The notes under the pieces are model-generated. The model was given only the letters and a program-made list of their open reading frames with translations. It did not search any database and was not told where the DNA came from. 64,000 bases of DNA from Vulcanimicrobiota bacterium (lineage in GTDB: Bacteria; Vulcanimicrobiota; Vulcanimicrobiia; Vulcanimicrobiales; Vulcanimicrobiaceae). Made by a program: the position numbers and the translations under genes. Below are positions 10,420 through 20,797 of the stretch, in pieces. The stretch's first letter is position 1, and the number at the start of each line of letters is the position of its first letter. Location: the NCBI GenBank assembly GCA_963820825.1, contig CAWGBN010000005.1:128001-192000 (forward strand), given 5' to 3'.

Positions 10420-11415
10420 TCAACCGCCGATCTCCGAGAAGGCCCGCATCCGCGAGGCGCTCTCGCCCAAGCGCAGATGGTGGCGTTCGGGCTTGATCAG
10501 CATAGCCGACTGCAGGAGTTCCGCAAGCTGCGCCTGCGGCGCTCCCGCGCGCAGCGGCGAGCGCAGGTCGAGCGAGTGGTCGCCGAAGAGGCAGAGACGC
10601 AATCGCCCGTCGGCCGTCAACCGTACCCGGTTGCAGCGCTCGCAGTAGTCGTGTGAGAGCGGGCTGATCACCCCGACGGCGCCCGGGGCGCCGGCAAACG
10701 CGAAGTATCGTGCCGGCCCGTTGCCGCCGGGACCGTCGACCGGAAGCAGCTCGCCGCCGGCCGCGATACGCTTTAGGATCTCGTCGGAAGAGACGTAGGC
10801 GTCGCGCTGCATCCCGGCATTCTCGAGGACCGGCATTACTTCGATGAAGCGAACGAAGATCGGCCGTTCGCGGGTCAGCCGTGCAAAATCGAGGAGCTCG
10901 TCGTCGTTTTTCCCGCGCATCACGACGCAGTTGAGTTTGATCGGCGCCAGCCCCGCGGCGATCGCCGCATCGATTGCGCGCAGCACCGCGCCGAGCCCCG
11001 GCCGCCGCGCAATCGCTTCGAACCGGTCCTCCCGCAGCGTATCGAGCGAGAGATTGATGCGGCGCAGACCCGCGGCGACGAGTTCGGGAAGCTGCGACTC
11101 GAGCAGCAACCCGTTGGTCGAGAGCGCGACGTCGTCGATGCCGGGGGTCGCTGCAATTGCGGCGACGAGCCGGCTGAGGTCTCGCCGGACGAGCGGCTCG
11201 CCGCCGGTCAAGCGAATTGCGCGCACGCCGACCGACGCCGCCGCGCCTACGATCTGAGCGATCTCTTCGTAGCTGAGAATCTCCTCGCGACGCAGCCACG
11301 GCAACCCGCCCTCCGGCATGCAGTAGATGCAGCGCAGGTTGCACTTGTCGGTCACCGAGATGCGCAGATAGGTAATCGGGCGGCTGAACCCGTCGACCAG
11401 CGAAATGGTCGTCAT
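10420..11415 (-). CDS. moaA: GTP 3',8-cyclase
   Basis: YLRISVTDKCNLRCIYC; C-terminal CERCNRVR...CLF; ends IGG. Confidence 0.95.
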   Translation of the reverse strand: MTTISLVDGFSRPITYLRISVTDKCNLRCIYCMPEGGLPWLRREEILSYEEIAQIVGAAASVGVRAIRLTGGEPLVRRDLSRLVAAIAATPGIDDVALSTNGLLLESQLPELVAAGLRRINLSLDTLREDRFEAIARRPGLGAVLRAIDAAIAAGLAPIKLNCVVMRGKNDDELLDFARLTRERPIFVRFIEVMPVLENAGMQRDAYVSSDEILKRIAAGGELLPVDGPGGNGPARYFAFAGAPGAVGVISPLSHDYCERCNRVRLTADGRLRLCLFGDHSLDLRSPLRAGAPQAQLAELLQSAMLIKPERHHLRLGESASRMRAFSEIGG

Positions 11416-11993
11416 TGGTTCTCGAAGAGCGATTCCGGCAGCGACGGATTGATCTTATACTGATCGATCGTCGAGGTGATGTCGGCGACGTATCCCGGTT
11501 CCTGCACGTGTCCCGTCTGCGACTCAACGAGAAGATACCCTGCGACGCGCCCGTAGCGGTTGGCGAGCTCGGCATAGCCGCCGTTGGCATAGTCCCAGCG
11601 CATCGAAGTCACCGTCGCGCTCTTGTCGTTTACGCTGGCCTCGATGCTCTCGACGTTGCCCTGCTTGCGCGGCACGAGCCGCAGCCGGGTGGTCGTGCCG
11701 TCGTCGGAGAGCGGAGTGACCGCGTAGATCGCCTGCCATTGCGAGGGGCTCTCGATATGCGCGTAAAGCCGGTCGAACTGCTGCGCGACCAGCGGAACGC
11801 CGCCGGTAAAGACGACCCTCTGCTGGTCGGGGGCCTTGTAGTAATACGTGCCCGTGAGATCCGCCGCCAAGAACGGAAACGATCGCATCGTCACGTGGGC
11901 GCGCATGCTCGCGCTGAACGCCTGCAGGTCCGAGTTGACGGCGGCCATTCGAGCGAGCAGCGCCGCCGCGCCGGCGACTGCGAGCAGCGTCAT
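11412..11993 (-). CDS. exported protein, possibly LolA-like fold
   Basis: Signal-like N-terminus, YYKAPD, LRLVPRK, INPSLPESLF end; overlaps both neighbours by 4 nt. Confidence 0.5.
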   Translation of the reverse strand: MTLLAVAGAAALLARMAAVNSDLQAFSASMRAHVTMRSFPFLAADLTGTYYYKAPDQQRVVFTGGVPLVAQQFDRLYAHIESPSQWQAIYAVTPLSDDGTTTRLRLVPRKQGNVESIEASVNDKSATVTSMRWDYANGGYAELANRYGRVAGYLLVESQTGHVQEPGYVADITSTIDQYKINPSLPESLFENQ

Positions 11994-13129
11994 ACCGCGC
12001 CCCCCAAAGCCGAGAAGATCTCGTCGCGCACGTCGTCTTCGGCTTCTTCGAGATAGCCGCGGCGCAATGCCTCGAGCGCTGCCGGCGAGCCGATCCTTCC
12101 AAGTGCCCATGCCGCGTGACCGCGCACCATCGGATGCGGATCGCGCTGCAGGCTCTCGATCAGCGCCCCGACCGCCGATCGATCGAGCGCGTTGCCGAGC
12201 GCGACGGCGGCGTTTCGCCGCAGAACCGCCGCTCCGCGCCAACCCATCGCAGTCGAGCGGTACCGGCGCTTAAAGCGGGAGCTGCCGAGGCGAAGCAGTG
12301 CAACGAGCGGCGGGCGTGCCGCATCGCTCTCGCGCGGCGACCAGCGCGCGGCAGCCGGGCGTGCAACGCGCGCGTTCGGCGGGCAGACGCTCTGGCAGAT
12401 GTCGCAGCCCCAGACCCAATCGCCGACGAGCGGCCGCAGCGCGCGCGGAATCGCATCGGTGCGCTGCGTGAGGTCGGAGATGCAGCGCGTCGCGTCGATC
12501 GTATAATCGCCGCGCAGCGCGCTGGTCGGGCAGGCGTCGACGCAGCGCTCGCACGAGCCGCAGCTCTTGCGCAGCGGCGCATCGGCGGGCAGCTCGAGCG
12601 TCGTAACGATCTCGCCGAGAAAAACGAAGGAGCCGTGCTCGGGCGAGATCAGATTCGTATGCTTCCCGATCCAACCCAGACCGGCGCGTGCGGCAAACGC
12701 TCGTTCCGCAAGCGGCCGCGTGTCGCAGGCGATCGCGGTGACGGATGCGCCTGCCGACGCGTCGATTTCACTCGCTACGGAGCGCAGCAACGCGCGCAGC
12801 TCTCGATGATAATCCGGCGACCAGGCGTAGTTCGAGACCCGTCCGCGCAGCGGAGCCTCCGTTCGCGGCGCCGGCGCGCCGTACGGCATCGCGATGCAGA
12901 TGACGCTGCGCGCGCCCTCGAGCAGCGCCGAAGCATCGCTTGCGCCACGCGCGTACTCCGCGCCATATCCCCAGGTTGCGAAATCACCGCGCTCAAAGGC
13001 CCGTTCCATCCGGCCGCGCGTGAGCGCGTCGGGCACCGCCGGCACCACGCGCGCGGTGGCCGCGCCGCGGTCGAGCGCGGTGCGGATCGCGCGCTCCTTG
13101 ATTCGTACCATTTCATCTTGCATCGTCAT
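11990..13129 (-). CDS. queG: epoxyqueuosine reductase
   Basis: ERAFAARAGLGWIGKHT, CGSCERCVDACPT, WGCDICQSVCP, HEAT-like tail. Confidence 0.93.
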   Translation of the reverse strand: MTMQDEMVRIKERAIRTALDRGAATARVVPAVPDALTRGRMERAFERGDFATWGYGAEYARGASDASALLEGARSVICIAMPYGAPAPRTEAPLRGRVSNYAWSPDYHRELRALLRSVASEIDASAGASVTAIACDTRPLAERAFAARAGLGWIGKHTNLISPEHGSFVFLGEIVTTLELPADAPLRKSCGSCERCVDACPTSALRGDYTIDATRCISDLTQRTDAIPRALRPLVGDWVWGCDICQSVCPPNARVARPAAARWSPRESDAARPPLVALLRLGSSRFKRRYRSTAMGWRGAAVLRRNAAVALGNALDRSAVGALIESLQRDPHPMVRGHAAWALGRIGSPAALEALRRGYLEEAEDDVRDEIFSALGGAV

Positions 13130-13977
13130 AGGGTTGCCAGCGGTCCGGGCTCTCCGCGCGGAAAGGCTTCGTCGATCCTTGCAACATCGCTCGGATCGAG
13201 CTCGAGCTCTCCCGCCGCAGCGTTCTCTTCGACGTGTTCCACACGGGCGGCTTTTGGAATCGCGAAAAGCCCAGGATCGCGCGTCAAGAATGCAAGCGCT
13301 ACCTGCTGGAGGGTCGAATCGTGCTTCCGCGCGACCGCCTCCAGCGCTCGCCGGCCGGAGTCGGAGCGAAGGAAGCGCCCCCGGCCGAATGGCGTGTATG
13401 CGACGATAGCGATGCCCCGCTCGCGCGCTCGTTCGACGAGCGCGTGCTCGATGCCGCGCTCGCAGAGATGATAGAGCACCTGATTGCAGGCCAGCGGCAC
13501 CGAACGCAGATACGACGCCGCCTCGAGCATCTCGCCGGCATCGAAATTGCTGACGCCGATAAAGCGCGTCTTACCCTGCTCCACGAGCCGCTCGAGTGCC
13601 CGCATCGTCTCCTCGAGCGGGTGCGAACCAGGCCAATGCAGCAGGTAGAGATCGACGTAATCGCATCCAAGCCGCGCGAGGCTTCGATCTGCCGCCGCGA
13701 GCGTTCCGCTATAACTGGCGTTGCCGGGCAGAACCTTGGTTACGATGAAGAGCCGCTCGCGATCGAGACCGCGAATCGTCTCGCCGAGCAACTCCTCGAC
13801 GCGCCCCGCGCCGTACATCTCGGCCGTATCGAGATGCACCATCCCCAGTTCGATCCCGCGCGCAATCGCGCGTTGCGCCTCTTTGAGTCCCGCACCGCTC
13901 TCGGGCATATTCCAAGTTCCTTGGCCGATGACCGGGAGCGCCACTCCGGTCGCGCCGAACGCTTTGCGCTTCACCAC
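13126..13977 (-). CDS. aldo/keto reductase
   Basis: GQGTW, DTAEMYG, DLYLLHWP, IGVSNF, IPKA. Confidence 0.92.
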   Translation of the reverse strand: MVKRKAFGATGVALPVIGQGTWNMPESGAGLKEAQRAIARGIELGMVHLDTAEMYGAGRVEELLGETIRGLDRERLFIVTKVLPGNASYSGTLAAADRSLARLGCDYVDLYLLHWPGSHPLEETMRALERLVEQGKTRFIGVSNFDAGEMLEAASYLRSVPLACNQVLYHLCERGIEHALVERARERGIAIVAYTPFGRGRFLRSDSGRRALEAVARKHDSTLQQVALAFLTRDPGLFAIPKAARVEHVEENAAAGELELDPSDVARIDEAFPRGEPGPLATL

Positions 13978-13980
13978 GCG

Positions 13981-15087
13981 CTAAAAGAACTCGAACTCGC
14001 GGTGGCGCACCGCGTAGGCGAGCAAACCGCCGCGCAGATGGGTCAGCCGCGTAAATCCCGCGTCGTGCAAGCGGCGCACCGCCCAAATCGACTTGGAACC
14101 GACCCGGCACGCGACGACGTACCGTTGCGCGCTGTCGAGCTCGTGCATGCGCGATTCGAGCTCCGACGCCGGAATCTGTAAAGCGCCGTCGATCGTGCCG
14201 AGCACGGCTTCGTGGGGCTCGCGCACGTCCAGAAGTATCGCATCGCGCAGCGCCTCGTCGAGGCGCTCGGCCTCGATCTCCGCTACCGGCGGCTGCGGTG
14301 AAGCATCGGCGTAGCGCTCCTGCTCGATGCCCTCAATCGCCGGCGCTTCGCCGCAGAGCGCGCAATCCGGATCGCGTTCGAATCGGACCTCGCGCGCCCG
14401 CGCGTGCAAGGCGTCGACGAGCATCAGACGCCCGATCAGCGGATCGCCGATGCGCAAGAGTATCTTGAGCGCTTCGTTCGCCTGCCACGCACCGACGATG
14501 CCCGCGAGTGCGCCGAGAACGCCGCCCTCCGCGCAGGTCGGGCGGCTCTCGACCGGCGGCGCTTCGGGATAGAGACAACGGTAACAGGGTCCGGCGCCGG
14601 AGCGAAAGACGCTCACCTGACCGTCGAATCGAAAGATCGACCCGTAGACGTCGCTCCGCCCTTCGAAGAAGCACGCATCGTTGATGAGGAAGCGCGTCGG
14701 AAAGCGATCGGTACAGTCGAGCACCACGTCGTAGAGCGCGACGAGCGCGCGTGCGTTGCCGGGGTCGAATCGTACGGCGATCGGGTCGACGTTGACGAGC
14801 GGGTTGAGCCCTTGCAGGCGCTCCGCGGCCACGGCCGCCTTCTTCTTCCCGACGTCGGCCGTGGCGAAGATCGTCTGACGCTGCAGGTTCGTCTCGTCGA
14901 CCACGTCGTCGTCGACGATCCCGATCCGGCCGACACCGGCCGCGGCGAGATACTGCAGCGCCGGCGATCCGAGTCCACCCGCGCCGACCACCAGCGCGCG
15001 CGACGCGGCGAGCCGCTCTTGCCCCGCCAATCCGACCTCGGGAATCAAGAGATGACGGCTATACCGCCGGCGCTCGATCGGATTCAC
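13981..15087 (-). CDS. moeB: molybdopterin-synthase adenylyltransferase with rhodanese domain
   Basis: RYSRHLLIPEVG, GAGGLG, NLQRQ, PCYRCLYP, LLDVREPHE...CRVG. Confidence 0.92.
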   Translation of the reverse strand: MNPIERRRYSRHLLIPEVGLAGQERLAASRALVVGAGGLGSPALQYLAAAGVGRIGIVDDDVVDETNLQRQTIFATADVGKKKAAVAAERLQGLNPLVNVDPIAVRFDPGNARALVALYDVVLDCTDRFPTRFLINDACFFEGRSDVYGSIFRFDGQVSVFRSGAGPCYRCLYPEAPPVESRPTCAEGGVLGALAGIVGAWQANEALKILLRIGDPLIGRLMLVDALHARAREVRFERDPDCALCGEAPAIEGIEQERYADASPQPPVAEIEAERLDEALRDAILLDVREPHEAVLGTIDGALQIPASELESRMHELDSAQRYVVACRVGSKSIWAVRRLHDAGFTRLTHLRGGLLAYAVRHREFEFF

Positions 15088-15821
15088 GCTTCTCGCGCTC
15101 GCACGTGCGGGTGAAGTTCGTCGAGCCACTCGAGCACGGTTGCCCGGGCGTGTTCGGCGGCGTAAGTGTGATCGCTCGCAATGGTTGCGAAGGTCTTCGG
15201 CTCGGGCGCGCGATCGTACAGCTCTCGAACGCTCTTCGGGCTGACCATTGCGTCGCGGTCGGCGGCGACGTAGAGTGCCGGCCGTCCCGCGAGGCGTGGG
15301 AGTAACTCGGCGTACCGCTGGTCGACGCCGGCGACGAGCTCGGGGAGCGTGACGCCGACCACGTAGGACGAACGGAAATCGGCGACGCCGACGCGCTGCA
15401 GCGACTCGAGCGACGTCGGTCGTCCGTATCCGGTTGCGATCGCGATCGTGCCCAGAACGTTTGCATCGAGGGCGGCGGTGAAGATCGCGGTCATTCCGCC
15501 CATGCTGTGGCCGAGTGTATAGGCGGCGCCGTCACCGCGCTCGCGCGCGAATGCCAGCGTCGCGGACATTGCGTCGACGCAATCGTCGACGCCCTGCAGC
15601 ACGCCGGCGCTCGATCCGAGCTTATGTCCGGGAAAGTCGAGGCTATAGACGCCGAAGCCGTGGCTTGCCAAGAACGAGCAGAGAAAATCGAGATTCTGTT
15701 TGCTCGATGAGTATCCGTGGCCGGCAACGATACAGACGTCGCGCGGCCGGCGCGGCTCGTACCAGAGAACGGCCACCGGGTTGCGCGCGGCTTCGATGCG
15801 GAAGAGCTCGACCTTAGGCAC
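15084..15821 (-). CDS. alpha/beta hydrolase
   Basis: HGYSS, DFPGH, GHSMGG nucleophile elbow, SDHTY. Confidence 0.85.
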   Translation of the reverse strand: MPKVELFRIEAARNPVAVLWYEPRRPRDVCIVAGHGYSSSKQNLDFLCSFLASHGFGVYSLDFPGHKLGSSAGVLQGVDDCVDAMSATLAFARERGDGAAYTLGHSMGGMTAIFTAALDANVLGTIAIATGYGRPTSLESLQRVGVADFRSSYVVGVTLPELVAGVDQRYAELLPRLAGRPALYVAADRDAMVSPKSVRELYDRAPEPKTFATIASDHTYAAEHARATVLEWLDELHPHVRAREA

Positions 15822-16230
15822 CGTTGCGCCACTCTGCGCTGCCGTCGGCATAGCACTCTTTCTTCCAAATCGGCGCGCGGCGCTTGAGCTCGTCGATTGC
15901 GTAGCGGCAGGCCTCGAACGCCTCGGCACGGTGCGCGGCTCCGGCGAGCACCGCAACCGAGATCTCGCCGGCGCGTACCTCCCCGACGCGATGCACGATT
16001 CCGATCTCGACGTCGCCGAAGCGCTCGCGCGCCTCGCCCGCGATCACCTCGAACTCGCGCACCGCCATCGCTTCGAAGGCCTCGTACCAGAGCGCGGTCA
16101 CGCGCCGCCCGTCGCTCGAGTCGCCGCGTACGATGCCCATGAAGGCAACGACCCCGCCGTGGCCGCGGCCGACGAGCTCGGCGAGCCGCTCCGATTCGAT
16201 CGGCTCGCCGACGATGCGAAAGAGCGCCAT
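15814..16230 (-). CDS. moaE: molybdopterin synthase catalytic subunit
   Basis: GGVVAFMGIVR, HRVG, AHRAEAFEAC...PIWKKE. Confidence 0.93.
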   Translation of the reverse strand: MALFRIVGEPIESERLAELVGRGHGGVVAFMGIVRGDSSDGRRVTALWYEAFEAMAVREFEVIAGEARERFGDVEIGIVHRVGEVRAGEISVAVLAGAAHRAEAFEACRYAIDELKRRAPIWKKECYADGSAEWRNGA

Positions 16231-16236
16231 CGCGCG

Positions 16237-16482
16237 CTAACCGCCGCCAACCGGCGGCAAAAGAGCGAGCTCGTCACCCTCGGCAAGCTCGTCGTCGAAC
16301 GACGCGATCCGGCCGTTCCGCGCGACGCGCGTCGAGCGCCGCTCTGCATCGATAGCAGGATATTCGCGTGCAAGCGCGCGCCACGCATCGGCGATGAGGG
16401 CCCCGTCGGGCAGATCGAGGCCGCGCTCGGGCGCTTGGAGCAGCTCGCGTAGACCGGCGAAGACCAGCAGGTGAATCCGCAT
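16237..16482 (-). CDS. moaD: molybdopterin synthase sulfur carrier
   Basis: FAGLRE...GDELALLPPVGGG C-terminal Gly-Gly. Confidence 0.9.
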   Translation of the reverse strand: MRIHLLVFAGLRELLQAPERGLDLPDGALIADAWRALAREYPAIDAERRSTRVARNGRIASFDDELAEGDELALLPPVGGG

Positions 16483-16544
16483 CTCCGGCTGCCTTCGACG
16501 GGTATCGCCGCGAATCGTACCGAATTCAATTCTCAACCTTCACT

Positions 16545-16928
16545 ATGCGCCGAGCATTCGCACTCATCGTCGTCTTCGCGGCATGCGCCCTTCGAGCAGC
16601 CGCGGCATCGCAATGCACCCAGGAGACGCTCACGGTCGAAGGGCGGCCGGTCACCATCGGCTACTGCATCACCGGCGCGCTGCGCTCGACCGGCGCCGAG
16701 GAGATCGTCGTTCCGGTGACTGCGACCTATTCGGCGCCTGGGGCAACGGTAAGCCGCCCGATCGACCTCCATTTCATTGCCGGCGAGGGCGTCTCGCGGG
16801 TGCTCCAGAGCCTCGACCTCACCAAGGTGGGCCTGACCGGCACGCTCCATCTCACGCTCGCCTATTCGCGAGGTCTCGTCCGCGTCGAAGGCGCGCTGCT
16901 CACACCGGGAGCGATCACGATCAAGTGA
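16545..16928 (+). CDS. secreted hypothetical protein
   Basis: Signal peptide followed by a beta-rich mature region. Confidence 0.6.
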   Translation: MRRAFALIVVFAACALRAAAASQCTQETLTVEGRPVTIGYCITGALRSTGAEEIVVPVTATYSAPGATVSRPIDLHFIAGEGVSRVLQSLDLTKVGLTGTLHLTLAYSRGLVRVEGALLTPGAITIK

Positions 16929-17044
16929 GTGCAACCCTCGCGCCGCGGCGGGGACTCTAGAGGGTCGTATGCGCCGGCGCTACATCGCCTTTAACAATTC
17001 CAAGATACCCGACGGCTGTCGATAGAGGAGCCTGCCCGTCCATC

Positions 17045-18469
17045 ATGCCTTGTACGGCGACGATTCCCAACCTCACGGCTCGCGAGCAAGCGCAGCACCT
17101 TTATGAAGCGATACCGCCCGGCCTCTTCCGGGTTGAGAACGAAAACGACCGTATCGCCTGGCGCGTCAGCCCCGAGCCGTTCGCACTCTCGGCGAAAGAG
17201 GCGGAATCGATCGAAGCGCTCGGCACCGATCTTCTCGCCTTCTATCGAGCGCTCAACAATCTCTACAATCGCAGCGCGCGGGGAACCGCGCCCGGGTTCA
17301 TCGCCGAGTATCTCGATCGCGGCAAGCCCGAGCAGATCGTCAAGCTCGCGCGGCAGAATCGTTTCAAACAGGAACTTCCCGGAGTCATTCGTCCCGACCT
17401 GATCCTTACCGCGGACGGTTTCGTCGCGACCGAGCTCGACAGCATTCCGGGCGGAATGGGTTTCGTCGGCGCGATGAGCGAGGCGTACTGCCGGCTCGGC
17501 TTCGAGAGCCTTGGCGGCGAAAACGGCATTCCAGCCGGTTTTGCTGCGATGGTGCGTCACGTCTCCCGTTCCGAGTATCCAACCGTCGCGATCGTCGTCT
17601 CCGACGAATCGGCCGACTATCGCAACGAAATGGAGTGGCTCGCCGCGACGATGCGCCGCGAGCATCTCGCCGACGCCTGGTTGCGACGACCCGAGGAGAT
17701 CGTCTTCACCGAGGACGGCCTCTTCATCCGTCACGAGGACGGGCGCGAATCGCGGCTGGACGCGCTCTACCGCAACTTCGAGCTCTTCGATCTCTTCAAC
17801 GTTCCAAAGCAAGAGCTGATGCTCTATGCCGCCCGCCACAATCGCGTGAAGATGACGCCGCCGCCAAAGGCAACGCTCGAAGAGAAGCTCGCCTTCGCGC
17901 TCTTTCACCATTACGCGCTCGCGCCACTGTGGCGCGCCGAGCTCGGGAACGAACGCTTCGAACGCCTTGCGCAGCTCTTTCCCAAGACGTGGGTCATCGA
18001 TCCGCGTCCGCTCCCGCCGCAAGCGACGATCGCCGGACTCGAAGCCGGCGGAGTACCGGTCTCCGATTTCCGTGCGCTCATCACGCTTCCGAAGAGCGAG
18101 CGCAACTACGTGGTGAAGCCCTCCGGCTTCTCCGAACTCGCCTGGGGTTCGCGCGGAGTCAAGGTCGCCGACGATCTCACGCGCGACGAGTGGACCTCCG
18201 CAATCGAAACGGCGCTTGCGTCCTTCGATCGAACGCCGTGGATCCTCCAGCGATTTCATAAGGCGAAGCTGGTGCGTCAGCGCTATCTCGATCGCGAGCG
18301 CGACGAGATTCGCGAGTACGAAGGCCGCGTCAGGCTCTGTCCCTATTACTTCGTCACCGGGGAGGAGAGCGTTCGCCTCGGCGGCGTGCTCGCGACAATC
18401 GCGCCGGCCGATAAGCGGCTGATCCACGGAATGAACGACGCGGTGATGACGTCGTCGATCCGTGTCTAG
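17045..18469 (+). CDS. ATP-grasp-like putative amide/peptide ligase (glutathionylspermidine synthase / circularly permuted ATP-grasp-like)
   Basis: IRPDLI...ATELDSIPGG, YVVKPSG...WGSRGV, WILQRF, RLCPY. Confidence 0.6.
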   Translation: MPCTATIPNLTAREQAQHLYEAIPPGLFRVENENDRIAWRVSPEPFALSAKEAESIEALGTDLLAFYRALNNLYNRSARGTAPGFIAEYLDRGKPEQIVKLARQNRFKQELPGVIRPDLILTADGFVATELDSIPGGMGFVGAMSEAYCRLGFESLGGENGIPAGFAAMVRHVSRSEYPTVAIVVSDESADYRNEMEWLAATMRREHLADAWLRRPEEIVFTEDGLFIRHEDGRESRLDALYRNFELFDLFNVPKQELMLYAARHNRVKMTPPPKATLEEKLAFALFHHYALAPLWRAELGNERFERLAQLFPKTWVIDPRPLPPQATIAGLEAGGVPVSDFRALITLPKSERNYVVKPSGFSELAWGSRGVKVADDLTRDEWTSAIETALASFDRTPWILQRFHKAKLVRQRYLDRERDEIREYEGRVRLCPYYFVTGEESVRLGGVLATIAPADKRLIHGMNDAVMTSSIRV

Positions 18470-19001
18470 CCTCGTCTTCTGTCGCCACGGCGCGACCGAG
18501 CACAATTTAACGAAGCGATTCCTCTCCGTGACCGATCTGCCGCTGGGTGCGCACGGACGCGCGCAGTGCGAATCGTTGCGCGAAGCGCTGCAGCCGTACG
18601 CGTTCGCGCGGTGCCTGGTCAGTCCGATGCGGCGCTGTTTGGAGACGCGCGAGATCGTCGCGCCCGCGCTTCCGTTCGCGATCGAGCCGGTGCTGCGCGA
18701 GGTCCATTTCGGGGCGTGGGAAGGCCGGACGCTCGATTGGGTCGAGCGAAATGATCCGGAGCTGCTCGCGCAGCGGCGGCGCGATCCCGTTCGCTTTCGT
18801 CCGCCCGGCGGGGAGAGTTTCGAGGACGCCGCGCAGCGGCTCGGCGAGCTTGCCGGTGAGTTACGGGATGGTGATGCGACGCTGGTGATCGGTCATCGCG
18901 TCGCGCTCGGTATCCTCGAGCGCCTCGTGCGTGGTCTGCCGCTCGATTCGCCCGATGTCGCCCCGCTCGAGCCGGCCGAGCTTAGGATCGTACGCGGGTA
19001 A
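18462..19001 (+). CDS. histidine phosphatase (PGM family)
   Basis: RHGAT, SPMRRCLET, LREVHFGAWEG, PGGES, GH. Confidence 0.88.
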   Translation: MSSLVFCRHGATEHNLTKRFLSVTDLPLGAHGRAQCESLREALQPYAFARCLVSPMRRCLETREIVAPALPFAIEPVLREVHFGAWEGRTLDWVERNDPELLAQRRRDPVRFRPPGGESFEDAAQRLGELAGELRDGDATLVIGHRVALGILERLVRGLPLDSPDVAPLEPAELRIVRG

Positions 19002-19650
19002 GCACCGCGCTCTGCGACGGGACGATGATCTGGTCGGGAACGAACGTCGACGGGTCGTACCACACCGTCAAGGCGATCGGCTGATCGACCGAGAGCACCA
19101 CATCGGCGGAGGGGAGCCCCGACGGGCGCGCAGCGGCTGAGGCCGATCCGACGACGAGCTCTTGCCCTTGCGCGGTCGCCGGCGTAATCCAGGTCAGCGA
19201 GGATTCTTTCCACGCGGCGAGCTGCGCCGGGAGAACGAAAAGCCCGGCGAGCAACCCCGGCTCGATGATGACGAAGTGTCGCGTCTTCGCGGCGAGCGGC
19301 AGCTGCCGCGGCACGTTGCTCATCGCTCCGATAACGGTCGCCGACGATGGCGTCAAGGTAACGCTCACGGTGGGACTCTGCCCGCCCATCCGGTAGCTGC
19401 CGCTGTAGCTGACCGGCGCCAGATCGGGACCGAGGGCCAAAGACGCCGTCGCCGACATCTGCATCCCGGCAACGGAAGCCGACGACGCCTCATCGACTTG
19501 CGGGCCGCCGCCCTGATCTTTGACGCTGACGGACCAGCTCCCGATGTTCTGTCCGGCGAGCGAAGCCGTGTAGCGGTACTCCCCCGCGGCGGGAAAGCTC
19601 GCGCCCGCAGTAGCGGCGGCGAGCAGAATCGTGCAGAGCAGCGGAATATT
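18982..19650 (-). CDS. secreted hypothetical protein (start uncertain)
   Basis: Signal-like LLCTILLAAATAGA followed by a beta-rich domain. Confidence 0.55.
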   Translation of the reverse strand, partial: NIPLLCTILLAAATAGASFPAAGEYRYTASLAGQNIGSWSVSVKDQGGGPQVDEASSASVAGMQMSATASLALGPDLAPVSYSGSYRMGGQSPTVSVTLTPSSATVIGAMSNVPRQLPLAAKTRHFVIIEPGLLAGLFVLPAQLAAWKESSLTWITPATAQGQELVVGSASAAARPSGLPSADVVLSVDQPIALTVWYDPSTFVPDQIIVPSQSAVLTRVRS

Positions 19651-20797
19651 ACACCAACACTTTCGAATTTGCGATCTTCGCGACCGTTTCGAGGAGAAGG
19701 TCGATTTCGCCGGTCGTGTTATATCCGTGCGGCGAGACACGCACGCCCCCGGCGCGATAGGTCGTCACGATATGCTCCTTCTCCAGCGCGCGTCCGAGCT
19801 CGATGCTGTCGCGGCCCGGTAATGCGAAGGTCACGATTCCCGACGAAATTCCCTCTCCGCGCGCCGTCGAGAGCTGGGCGCCGAGCTGCTGCAAACCTTC
19901 ACAAAGCCGGTCGGTAAGGGAGAGGACGTGCGCGGCGACCGCCTCCTTGCCGCTGCGCTCGAAGAGATCGATCGCGCAGACTAAGGAGAGCGCGCCAAGT
20001 AAGTTGGGCGTGCCGCATTCAAAGCGCGCCGCCTCGCGCGCGTACGGCTGCTCGTAGTTGTGGAAGTCCCAGATGTCTTCCATCGACCGCCATCCCGGCA
20101 TCGCCAGCTCCAGACGATCGCATAGGTGCGGGCTGAGGTAGAGCAGCGCAATACCATGCAGCGCTAGCAGCCACTTCGGTCCGCCAGCGAAGAGGGCGTC
20201 GACGCCGCTCCGTCCGACGTCGACCGGGAAGGCGCCCAGCCCTTGCATGGCATCGACGCAGAGCAACGCCCCGGCCTCGTGCGCGACGCCGGCAAGACTC
20301 TCGAGGTCGTGACGGTAGCCGTCGGCGTAGGAGACCCACGAGAGCGCGACCAGCCGGGTCTGCGGCGAGAGCTCGTGTTCGAGGACGTCGGGCGTGAGCC
20401 GGCGCTCGGCCGTCGGGATCAACCGCACCGCGACGCCGCGCCGGCGCAGGGCCGTCCACGCGACGGCGTTTGCCGGAAACTCGTTGTCGCAGAGCAGAAC
20501 CTCGTCGCCCGCCTTCCAATCGAGACCGGCGGCAATCGCCGCCGCCGCCGCACTCGTGTTGGTCAGGAGCGCGATTTGCGAGCCGGGCGCGCCGACGAAC
20601 CGGCCGATTCGCTCGCGATACTCCGGCAATCGAAGGTCGTACGGATAGGTTCCCCGGACGCCGCCCGATGCGTGCTCGCGTGCAAAGGTCTCAATCGCTG
20701 CAACGCTCGCACGCGGCAAGACGCCCGCCGAGGCGTGGTTGAGGTAGACGTAATGCTGAACTACTTCGAACTCGGAACGCGCGAGCGGCGTGCTCAC
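19649..20797 (-). CDS. class V PLP aminotransferase / cysteine desulfurase-like
   Basis: YLNHAS, VDAMQGLG, GGPKWLL, FECGTPN, RVSPHGYNT. Confidence 0.88.
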   Translation of the reverse strand: MSTPLARSEFEVVQHYVYLNHASAGVLPRASVAAIETFAREHASGGVRGTYPYDLRLPEYRERIGRFVGAPGSQIALLTNTSAAAAAIAAGLDWKAGDEVLLCDNEFPANAVAWTALRRRGVAVRLIPTAERRLTPDVLEHELSPQTRLVALSWVSYADGYRHDLESLAGVAHEAGALLCVDAMQGLGAFPVDVGRSGVDALFAGGPKWLLALHGIALLYLSPHLCDRLELAMPGWRSMEDIWDFHNYEQPYAREAARFECGTPNLLGALSLVCAIDLFERSGKEAVAAHVLSLTDRLCEGLQQLGAQLSTARGEGISSGIVTFALPGRDSIELGRALEKEHIVTTYRAGGVRVSPHGYNTTGEIDLLLETVAKIANSKVLV

